Source: a virus
Lineage: Duplodnaviria > Caudoviricetes
Direction: 5' to 3' (one strand)
Length of the DNA stretch: 64,000 nucleotides
IMG/VR virus record: IMGVR_UViG_3300031857_023573
Location: 1-64,000 of that record
Part shown: positions 56,237-64,000 of the stretch, piece by piece
Numbering within the stretch: the stretch's first letter is position 1
Layout: every line of letters begins with the position of its first letter
The notes under the pieces: model-generated
Told to the model about the DNA's origin: nothing
Seen by the model: only the letters and a program-made list of their open reading frames with translations
The model's database searches: none
Program-made: the position numbers and the translations under genes

Positions 56237-56577
56237 ACGAACTTTTTATGAATTTTCGAATTCTGAAACCAAGTATTGTTCTTGGAAAGAAGTTCAAAAT
56301 TATTGTGTGATTGTTCACAAATTTCTCTAAATTTTATCAAATCATAAGCGGTGAGTCTAAACCATTCACCGCTTATTTTTTTTTCACAAAAATGTCTGTG
56401 TAATTTAGCTTCAATTTGGGTTCCCCATTTAGATTCAAAAAAATCTACTAATTCTAGATCAGAGGCATTTCCAGTTTTTATTTCTTTAATTCTATTTTGA
56501 GGATTTCTTTTTGTATATCCTATTTTATAACATGTGTCACCTTCTATAGTCGAGGAAATTAGATATACTTTATACAT
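56233..56577 (-). CDS. GIY-YIG nuclease, T5orf172/MUG113-like
   Basis: VYLI..YKIGYTK..RIKEIKTGN..E..LH..F..GEWF. Confidence 0.8.
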   Translation of the reverse strand: MYKVYLISSTIEGDTCYKIGYTKRNPQNRIKEIKTGNASDLELVDFFESKWGTQIEAKLHRHFCEKKISGEWFRLTAYDLIKFREICEQSHNNFELLSKNNTWFQNSKIHKKFV

Positions 56578-56611
56578 GAAGTTATATATTACAACATCAT
56601 GTCTCTATTTT

Positions 56612-57322
56612 TTAATTAAAAACTTGATTAATTTTCATTTCTCTACCCAGAATAAAACATTTAGATTTATAATCATCTAAAATAGTACTATAGGCCACAA
56701 CTGATAAATTACAATTTTTATCTAAAACTTGAATTAAATTTCCTGATTTGTTGATTAATGACTTTGCACATTTTGATATTACTAATGATCTACCAGTTTG
56801 ATGTTTCCAGAATCTATAAGAAAGAAGTGTGTTAATTATCTGACAATCTTTATCTTCTCTAAGATTAGGATTAAAATTAAATATGCTATCAGAGATTAGA
56901 TAAAAGAAAAGCTCAACTGATTTATCTCTTACTTCAAGACAAGATTCTCTGACGATAGTGTCAAAGTTTCTTTGTCTATAATGTTCATCTATTGCTAATT
57001 TTTTAAAGTGAGTAGTTTCATCTAAGTATTTTTTAGGGATTTTAAAATATTCAAATTTGGTATAAACATCCTTGTATTTGAGAGGATAGTGAAAATCAGA
57101 CCAGTCTGTTTCTTTGATTATTTCTTCAACTGCTAACTTTTCTGATTGACTTTCTGGTTTACAAATTGAATATAACCAAGAAATGTGATCTATTTTTTTA
57201 TATTCATCGAAGTTAGACCAATCTATTTGACAAAGAAGCAAGGTTTTATATTCGCCTAATTTAGACTGATTTTGTACTTCTTTAATGACTTTTATTTCTG
57301 GAAATATAAATTTATCAAACAC
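56612..57322 (-). CDS. Hypothetical protein, C-terminal REMKINQVF tag
   Basis: ORF; TAACTT-N16-TATATT upstream. Confidence 0.7.
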   Translation of the reverse strand: MFDKFIFPEIKVIKEVQNQSKLGEYKTLLLCQIDWSNFDEYKKIDHISWLYSICKPESQSEKLAVEEIIKETDWSDFHYPLKYKDVYTKFEYFKIPKKYLDETTHFKKLAIDEHYRQRNFDTIVRESCLEVRDKSVELFFYLISDSIFNFNPNLREDKDCQIINTLLSYRFWKHQTGRSLVISKCAKSLINKSGNLIQVLDKNCNLSVVAYSTILDDYKSKCFILGREMKINQVFN

Positions 57323-57336
57323 TAACTAATATAGAA

Positions 57337-57636
57337 TTAGTAATTTAAAAAGTTATAGCATTTTTGAATTGCTGACATTAGGATATCTTGATTCTCTTCA
57401 CTATAAGAAGACGGGTATTTATCAGAGTACCAATCTATTAGGTAGTTGATAATTGCACTTTCTGCTTCACCATTTGAAAAATGAGAGTAATCACCATTTT
57501 CGGGTGTCCATTCTAAAACTTCCTTATCTAACATTTCTTTAACTTTTTCAAATGGAAAGTGTTCTTGGATTTTTGCTATTGCAAAATCTACATCAAATGA
57601 ATTAATATTTTCGTTATATTTTCTGAGATATTTCAT
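57337..57636 (-). CDS. Hypothetical protein with N-terminal tag (MKYLRKYNEN)
   Basis: ORF; TAAATATATA variant upstream. Confidence 0.75.
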   Translation of the reverse strand: MKYLRKYNENINSFDVDFAIAKIQEHFPFEKVKEMLDKEVLEWTPENGDYSHFSNGEAESAIINYLIDWYSDKYPSSYSEENQDILMSAIQKCYNFLNY

Positions 57637-57651
57637 GTTTTTATATATTTA

Positions 57652-58602
57652 CTATTTCAATTTAATTTGTATATAGACCCAAAACTTACTTGGATAAACA
57701 TTTATCATAACTTTTTCAACCCATCTATATTTTATTAAAAATGTTTTTAAATTAGATTTTATATTTTCAAGTTCGCCTTCATCTAATTGACCATTATCCC
57801 ATTTGCCACATCCATAATATCCAAAAGTTATGACTCTATCATTTATTTGAGGTGCCATTTTTTGTTCTGTATATCCTGGATTAAATGTCAACATTTCCAT
57901 TTTAATTTTTGACATAAGTGTGACATCTTCAAAATTAAAATTTACAAGTGCCTTTTTAAGACCCGATGTCGCTTTTAGGTCAGACAATTTTAGTTGATTA
58001 TAAATTGATTTTGTTAATTTAAAAAATCCTATTGGATTTAATTGATTAACATAGTATCCATATTCAAATATACCGTCACATTTGATGCCAAAATACAAAT
58101 TAATAGTTGGACTTGATGGTTCAATATGAATCGATTGTAGTGACTTAAAACGATTAAAAACAACTTTAACTTTCTCTGAATCTAAATTAGAAAATTTAAA
58201 GAATAATAAAAAATCAGATGGAGTTTCTTTTGTTTCAGGTGAATTTTCTTTGAAACCAAGAGCAGATAAACACTTAAAAAATGTATTTACTACACTTTTA
58301 CCGTAGCTTTCTTTGACTTCACCTTCTATATTATCTATGTCAACAATAGTTGAGACTTTTTTCTCGCCTTCTTCTTGATTTAGGTAATTCTCTACTCTTT
58401 TTAACAGTTCAACTTTCTTTAAATCGTCGAGAAGGTTAATTGCGTTAGATAGTCTTATCGACGGATTTATGTCTTGAGTCATTTGATTAGCAATCATTCT
58501 AATAAATTCATCTTCTATCGACAAATTCTCGATGTATTCACCTATTGAATTGCCTTCTAGTGAATTAGATTCTAAAATATATTTTTGATACTTTTTAATC
58601 AT
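57652..58602 (-). CDS. Hypothetical protein with N-terminal tag (MIKKYQKYILES)
   Basis: Start reassigned to ATG 58602, abutting the fibre gene stop. Confidence 0.7.
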   Translation of the reverse strand: MIKKYQKYILESNSLEGNSIGEYIENLSIEDEFIRMIANQMTQDINPSIRLSNAINLLDDLKKVELLKRVENYLNQEEGEKKVSTIVDIDNIEGEVKESYGKSVVNTFFKCLSALGFKENSPETKETPSDFLLFFKFSNLDSEKVKVVFNRFKSLQSIHIEPSSPTINLYFGIKCDGIFEYGYYVNQLNPIGFFKLTKSIYNQLKLSDLKATSGLKKALVNFNFEDVTLMSKIKMEMLTFNPGYTEQKMAPQINDRVITFGYYGCGKWDNGQLDEGELENIKSNLKTFLIKYRWVEKVMINVYPSKFWVYIQIKLK

Positions 58603-58603
58603 T

Positions 58604-61600
58604 TTATTGTACAAGTGCTAATTTATAAGATACTCCGTTTATTGATATTTCTATATATTGGTTTGTTATAAGTGTTACTGATGCACTCATCGTTGCTCCT
58701 AGTTTCCATTGGGCTGGTTGAGCATTAGACATAGTTGCTGTCATTAGGCTTGGTACATAAACAGTATTTGACTTATTTGCTAGATTTATACCATTTCCAC
58801 TAATTATACCAACATTTTGACCGTTTGTAATTGTGCTAAATGAGCTAGATATAATTATACTTCCACAGCTTGCTCCGTTTATGTTATTACCATTTCCTCC
58901 GATTATAGTATTAAGAAAACCATCTGATATATTATTAACTAAACCACCAACTATTTGAGAAGTAGTAGATGCACAAATAAAACTACAATCACTTCCAACT
59001 ATTGATGAACCAATACCGTCAAGAATTTCATTAACTCTTCCAGCAATAATCGTTGAGCATCCTCCAGAACATATATAAGATGATGGACTTGAAATTATAC
59101 TTGATGATTTAGTACAGTATATTTTAGCTGAGTATGAATTCGAAATTAAGATATTAGGACACGAGCAACAAATTTTTGAAGCACTTGAGTTATCAATCTG
59201 AGAAGTTAGTGAGCAACAAATAAAGCTATTTATCGAGTTCGATATTATTGATACTTTTGAGTTTTGTATACAGTTTCCGTAACCTAATAAAGTCGAAGAG
59301 TGACTTGATCCGATGATACAAGATTCTTTACCACCGATTATCAAACTAACTGTAGAATCTGTTGTACAAGATAAGTCTGATGAAATCACTGCAGAAATTG
59401 AACCTCCGGATATTTTTGAAGAACAAGATGTGTGTACTGAAGAGCACTTTGCATTAGTTACAGAGTTGCTGTATCCTCCTAAAATTGAAGAATGATGTGA
59501 ATTTTTAGTAATCGAGTTCAATTGGCCACTCAAAAAAGTATAGTTCGATGTGCTGTTATCATTTTGTCTACCAATTAGTGTAGAACTACACGACTCACAA
59601 ATAATATTACTACTTCCAGAAAGAATACTAGACGAAAGTGATTTACAAATACAAGCGTTGTCACCAGTAACTATTGATGAACAAGAAAGGTATATGCAAT
59701 TGTTGAATCCTGCTAATATACTTGAATTGTACGTACAAGAACTAAGTTCACTACAAAATGAGCTTAAAACAGTAGAATTATAAGAACACTTGCAGATTCT
59801 ACTACATTTAGAAGATAAAATATTAGAATATTGAGTCAAATATAAAAGTGAGTTACCTGAGCCAATTATATTATTACCATAGCTTGCACAACAGGTGGTT
59901 CCATCTATGTAGTTTTTTCTACCACCAATAATAGTTGATTCACAAGAAGAACATATTATATTATCTTTTGCACCTATAATTGCAACATTACAGCTACAAA
60001 TTGGACCTGAATCATATATGCAGTTATTCTCACCAGTTATTGCGATGCATGCATTCACTAGTATATAAGATCCTCCACCAGCCGGCCCTTGTGGACCTTG
60101 TGGTCCAGTAACACCTCCGATAGTGCTTACATCTCTATAATTTATATTACCACAAGAATCTGCAGTTAAAATTCTAGAATCACAGCATTGTGAGAAAGTC
60201 GCAACTCTTAATTTACTTGCAAGTACAATATCATTCTCAGTATCTAAGCATAAATTATTACCACCCAAAATTACTGATCTACCAGATAGTCTTATACAGT
60301 TTTTAACACCTCCAACTATTGATGAATAACAAGAATAATAATTTATACAATTGCAACAACCCCCTACGATAGAAGAAAGTTGTGAGTAGTAATAAATTGA
60401 ATTAGCACAACCACCAATTATAGAAGACTTGTGACTATTAAAAGTCAGTGAGTTTTTGTCGCCACCTACAATAGATGACAGTGAACTTCCAGAGATTGAG
60501 TTTTTACACCCACCTATTGATGATGAATTATTGGAAGATGATACTGAATTACAACTACCACCTAATTGAGAAGTATAGCTAGATGAGTTTAATGTATTTT
60601 TATAACCAGATATAATTGAAGAAGATATAGAACAATTACACATTGTATTATACTTACCTGAAGTTACAAGTGAATAGTTTGAATCTTCTGATTTTATATT
60701 ACCGTACCCTGGGTCATTAATACTAGAAACATTTCTAAAATTAATATTTCCAGATTCATCTGTAGTAAGTATTTTACTATCACTACACTCGCTAATTTCT
60801 GAAATTCTCAATTTTTGCACAAATGTCAAGTTTTCTTCACCATCTAATTCTAGGTCAACCCCACCTAGTATAATTGAGTTGATTGAATTTTTTATGCAGT
60901 TGTTGTATCCACTAATTATAGATGAGTAGTTTGAACAACAAACGTAGTTATTATAACCACCGACTATTGTTGAGTAGCATGATCCATTTGATAAATAGTT
61001 TTTACCACCACCAACAATTGTAGAATTTGATGAATAGTTATCTAGTCGACTACCTGTACTACCGATTATAGACGAATTACAAGAATGTACTCCAAGGTAG
61101 TTATTAGATCCGGCTAGTATTATTGAATTTTCTGTTGAGTAGAATAGTCTATTACATGATCCACCAATAATTGACGAGTTATTTGATCCTATTGAAATTT
61201 CGTTAAGTACACCACCCAAAATTGATGTTTCTTCTGAGTTGATAATACAGTTTTGATAACCAGTTATTGTGCAAATTTCATTAAGTCTTATAAAAGAAGG
61301 TGTATTTCCAAGACCTATTGAATACAAGCTTGTGTAGTTTACGAGACCAGTTTCACTGACTGTTAATATTCTATCACTGTATCCATAACCTAGAACTCCT
61401 ATTTTTAAGTTCGGAACTAAAACTGTGTTACTTTCAGAATTTAGTGAGAGATAAGAACCTCCTATAATCACTGATCCTTCTGATGAAGATATACAATTGC
61501 ATTTACCTCCAATAATTGAGGATAGATTTGAAGTATAACCTATTGAGCTTTTATAAGATGCCGAGATATTATTATAACTACTTGCGTAATCTATCGTATT

Positions 61601-62524
61601 TCTACCTCCGCCCAAGATCGTGTTATAGCTTGAGAGTCTATCAATAGTATTCTGGAATCCACCAATTATAGCATTATAATAATTAGAATCTGTAATTAAT
61701 GAGCAAACTGATCCTCCGATTAAATTCCCATCATTGTAACTAATTGTGTTAGAATCCCCACCCAGAATGATGGATTTGCTAGCATTTAGAATAATATTAC
61801 AGTTACCTGATAGTACACTTGAGCAGTTTGAGTAGAAGCAAATTTTATTTTTAGATCCTCCTACTACTGACGACTCATTTGATTTTTGATAGATGTTATT
61901 CTCTCTACCACCTGTGATGGATGATCTGTAAGAATACTTTCCAATATAATTACAATAACCACCTACTATTGATGAACCTATATTTCTAAAATATAGTGTA
62001 TTACAAGCACCTGATAGAATTGCAGCACAGCAAGAATCTTGAACAATATCATTACATTTACCACCTACAATTGTTGAAAAATCTGAACTTCTTAAAATTC
62101 GGTTTTCTTGGCCTCCAATTATAGAAGATGCCCAGTTATTGTCACAGACATTGTTGTAATATCCACCTACAATTGTTGAATATTTTTGACACGCATCATA
62201 GCAAGAAACATAAGGATAGTTTACTACTAAGTTTTTCTGACCACCGATAATTCCAGAATAAGAACTACAATATAATAAATTAGTACCACCACCAATTATT
62301 GATGAGTTACAAGAACCTTTAACTATTATATTAAAACACCCACCAATTACATTAGACATTGAGGAGTCTATAGAAACAGTATTATTACAACCTGAAATTC
62401 TAGACTCGGTCATTCCTTTGAAGAGTTGCTCTAAATAAACGAAATTGCCATCCATTTCGTTTATTGTGAGTTTCCTATTCAGCTGGGTTCTTAAAATTAA
62501 GTTATTCGAGGCAGTAGTTGGCAT
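58604..62524 (-). CDS. Large Cys-rich repetitive fibre/adhesin-like structural protein
   Basis: N-terminal LRTQLNRKLTINEMDGNF anchor-like motif, dozens of S(S/A)I(I/V)GGxxNxI repeats, short GPQGPQGP, C-terminal ISINGVSYKLAL; TAATATATA at 62547-62555. Confidence 0.75.
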   Translation of the reverse strand: MPTTASNNLILRTQLNRKLTINEMDGNFVYLEQLFKGMTESRISGCNNTVSIDSSMSNVIGGCFNIIVKGSCNSSIIGGGTNLLYCSSYSGIIGGQKNLVVNYPYVSCYDACQKYSTIVGGYYNNVCDNNWASSIIGGQENRILRSSDFSTIVGGKCNDIVQDSCCAAILSGACNTLYFRNIGSSIVGGYCNYIGKYSYRSSITGGRENNIYQKSNESSVVGGSKNKICFYSNCSSVLSGNCNIILNASKSIILGGDSNTISYNDGNLIGGSVCSLITDSNYYNAIIGGFQNTIDRLSSYNTILGGGRNTIDYASSYNNISASYKSSIGYTSNLSSIIGGKCNCISSSEGSVIIGGSYLSLNSESNTVLVPNLKIGVLGYGYSDRILTVSETGLVNYTSLYSIGLGNTPSFIRLNEICTITGYQNCIINSEETSILGGVLNEISIGSNNSSIIGGSCNRLFYSTENSIILAGSNNYLGVHSCNSSIIGSTGSRLDNYSSNSTIVGGGKNYLSNGSCYSTIVGGYNNYVCCSNYSSIISGYNNCIKNSINSIILGGVDLELDGEENLTFVQKLRISEISECSDSKILTTDESGNINFRNVSSINDPGYGNIKSEDSNYSLVTSGKYNTMCNCSISSSIISGYKNTLNSSSYTSQLGGSCNSVSSSNNSSSIGGCKNSISGSSLSSIVGGDKNSLTFNSHKSSIIGGCANSIYYYSQLSSIVGGCCNCINYYSCYSSIVGGVKNCIRLSGRSVILGGNNLCLDTENDIVLASKLRVATFSQCCDSRILTADSCGNINYRDVSTIGGVTGPQGPQGPAGGGSYILVNACIAITGENNCIYDSGPICSCNVAIIGAKDNIICSSCESTIIGGRKNYIDGTTCCASYGNNIIGSGNSLLYLTQYSNILSSKCSRICKCSYNSTVLSSFCSELSSCTYNSSILAGFNNCIYLSCSSIVTGDNACICKSLSSSILSGSSNIICESCSSTLIGRQNDNSTSNYTFLSGQLNSITKNSHHSSILGGYSNSVTNAKCSSVHTSCSSKISGGSISAVISSDLSCTTDSTVSLIIGGKESCIIGSSHSSTLLGYGNCIQNSKVSIISNSINSFICCSLTSQIDNSSASKICCSCPNILISNSYSAKIYCTKSSSIISSPSSYICSGGCSTIIAGRVNEILDGIGSSIVGSDCSFICASTTSQIVGGLVNNISDGFLNTIIGGNGNNINGASCGSIIISSSFSTITNGQNVGIISGNGINLANKSNTVYVPSLMTATMSNAQPAQWKLGATMSASVTLITNQYIEISINGVSYKLALVQ

Positions 62525-62575
62525 AATTTACAGATATTTATTAGTCTATATATTAAATTTGGAATCAAAACACCT

Positions 62576-63205
62576 TTAAATGTTTTGAAAATATTTTTGA
62601 ATTCTCTCACTCAACCTGACTCTTGGATCTTCTTTTGATCTGTTTGTAAAAGAATAGGGTACTAAAAATCCAAAACTTAAAAAAACTCTTCGAGATTTAA
62701 ATTCGTTTGTCCAATGCTTATACAAAGAAGCCTCAAAACAATAAAGGTCAAATTGTTGCACAGGTATTTCAAACTGATCTGTAAATAATGAATAATCTTC
62801 AGATAATACACTCAAGTTACATTTGTAATTAATTAATCCATCAAGAGATGCGTCATAATGAGCGGCAATTTTACCACCCCTTTGCATATTAACAGCCTGT
62901 AAAAATAAATGGTTTTTTGGAATACCTATTGTTTCAGAAATTCTATCAATTAATTTAATAATAAAATCGGGAACTCCTTCTGTTCTAACATAATCTCTTT
63001 TTTGGAAGTTTGTGATATATGTTGTCTCTTTGGTTTGTGAGATGTCAAACATAAATGAATTTCCATTTAGAACTTTAGTAATCTCTCTTAAATGATGATT
63101 TGCAGTAAGTTCCGTGGTACTCAAAGTATCAACCCAAGATAGAATCTCATCTACTTCATTTTGGTTAATGAAGTTTTTAATTATTTTATGATTTTTAGAT
63201 TCCAT
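62576..63205 (-). CDS. 2OG-Fe(II) oxygenase-like protein
   Basis: GGKIAAHYD (HxD), YKHWT, RVFLSFGF. Confidence 0.65.
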   Translation of the reverse strand: MESKNHKIIKNFINQNEVDEILSWVDTLSTTELTANHHLREITKVLNGNSFMFDISQTKETTYITNFQKRDYVRTEGVPDFIIKLIDRISETIGIPKNHLFLQAVNMQRGGKIAAHYDASLDGLINYKCNLSVLSEDYSLFTDQFEIPVQQFDLYCFEASLYKHWTNEFKSRRVFLSFGFLVPYSFTNRSKEDPRVRLSERIQKYFQNI

Positions 63206-63426
63206 TTTGTCAAGAATTCTTTTGGACCAGATATTTCCATAGTAGTTATTTCAGCTTTGCTGAGTAATTCTTGAGCTCCTTTTTCATCAGTAGCTATACA
63301 ACAGAAACGGTGAGTGGCTGGTAGTTCACCACTTTCAGAACAAGGAATGGTTAAGATATTCTCTCTTTTCATTTTTTCTCTTGCCTGAGAAACTTTAGAT
63401 TCTTCGCATAAGATACATACTCTCAT
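63181..63426 (-). CDS. Small hypothetical protein
   Basis: ORF (PATHRFC). Confidence 0.65.
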   Translation of the reverse strand: MRVCILCEESKVSQAREKMKRENILTIPCSESGELPATHRFCCIATDEKGAQELLSKAEITTMEISGPKEFLTKWNLKIIK

Positions 63427-63431
63427 ATTAG

Positions 63432-63674
63432 TTATTTATTTTTTAATAGAGATAGAATCTCTTTTCTTTCTGCTGATGTCATAGGCTTAGTCTTTAAGAA
63501 ATTTACAATCTCTTTTAATTGACTCTCCGAGTATGTATTCAATAGTAAAGTTTTTGTTTCATTACGTTCCTTGAAAGTCATTTCGAAAGCTTCTTTTTGA
63601 TCATCTACCCACAGATCATTTTCTAATGATTTGAGATATTTATTATCTGTTGTTCTTTTAATTACAATAACCAT
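63432..63674 (-). CDS. Small hypothetical protein
   Basis: ORF. Confidence 0.65.
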   Translation of the reverse strand: MVIVIKRTTDNKYLKSLENDLWVDDQKEAFEMTFKERNETKTLLLNTYSESQLKEIVNFLKTKPMTSAERKEILSLLKNK

Positions 63675-63694
63675 TTTTAATAATTTTATTTTAT

Positions 63695-64000
63695 TTAATC
63701 TGCGTAGACTTCAAATGTTAAAACACCGTCAGGAGAAAACTGATTCTTTAGATATTGAGGTATAGTTAAAATCAAACCTTCTTCACCCTCAGGATCTATT
63801 GAAAAAGTTCCTAAATAATTCGTATTCGGATCAGAGTTTAACAAATCTACAAGTTCATTTATGTCATTTACAGTCACACCAGGGTCAGCAGAAAAAATAC
63901 CAACACCACTTCCGTTGTATTGAGGGCTACCCAGTAGTTCTACCTCTACACTGCTATATGGATATTCACTCAGATTCAGTCCATAAATTGTGACTGGAGT
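63695..64000 (-). CDS. 3' end of a gene running in from the window edge (likely structural)
   Basis: Frame is open from 64000 (TPVTIYGLNLSEYPY...) through the track ORF 63695-63877. Confidence 0.65.
   Translation of the reverse strand, partial: TPVTIYGLNLSEYPYSSVEVELLGSPQYNGSGVGIFSADPGVTVNDINELVDLLNSDPNTNYLGTFSIDPEGEEGLILTIPQYLKNQFSPDGVLTFEVYAD

Noticed and set aside
60075-60120. Collagen-like domain
   Set aside because: Only about three Gly-X-Y triplets; treated as a short linker in the fibre.
312-63993. About 40 short antisense or overlapping ORFs in the track (e.g. 312-524, 636-890, 5098-5469, 13164-13430, 25308-25640, 46054-46380, 59313-59495, 63799-63993)
   Set aside because: They lie opposite or inside longer genes with recognisable motifs, and have hydrophobic Leu/Phe/Ser-rich shadow composition typical of AT-rich antisense frames.
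1-64000. Stop-codon reassignment, as seen in some huge phages
   Set aside because: Conserved genes (nrdA, nrdB, helicase, GreA) are full length in code 11, with no systematic in-frame TAG or TGA breaks.
1-64000. CRISPR array or cas genes
   Set aside because: No regularly spaced direct repeats or cas motifs seen; repeats in 58604-62524 are coding and degenerate.

Overview
A 64-kb, very AT-rich, gene-dense segment of a jumbo/huge tailed phage with a T4-like replication core, read in the standard genetic code. The host is probably Bacteroidota (inferred from a TAnnTTTG promoter, no Shine-Dalgarno motifs, a DUF6576-like pair and a Bacteroidota-style secreted protein). Replication and nucleotide genes: N-terminal half of a split family-B DNA polymerase, gp41/DnaB helicase, DinG helicase, RuvC-like resolvase, nrdA/nrdB, Fpg/Nei, MazG and two DNA methyltransferases. 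Expression genes: ECF sigma, GreA, TilS-like, SlyD, the 3' part of a tmRNA and an initiator tRNA. Also metabolic genes (cysteine synthase, glycosyltransferase, thioesterase, M28 peptidase), tail/baseplate genes and many hypotheticals. Features not explained by the ORF track: (1) a tRNA-fMet with a 23-nt insert in its anticodon loop, too short to self-splice; (2) about 25 unrelated proteins sharing an N-terminal MKxLKxF/YExF..(N)E tag resembling the T4 capsid-targeting sequence, mostly downstream of a TAATATATA motif, suggesting a large tagged virion-cargo set; (3) a second promoter class AAAC(T/A/C)(T/A)-N15/16-TATA and a separate C-terminal R(D/E)xKIxxIL tag on other proteins; (4) a compact exonuclease-less family-A polymerase-like protein; (5) an RNA-ligase-like protein lacking the catalytic lysine. 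All family assignments come from motif recognition by eye; no database searches were run.
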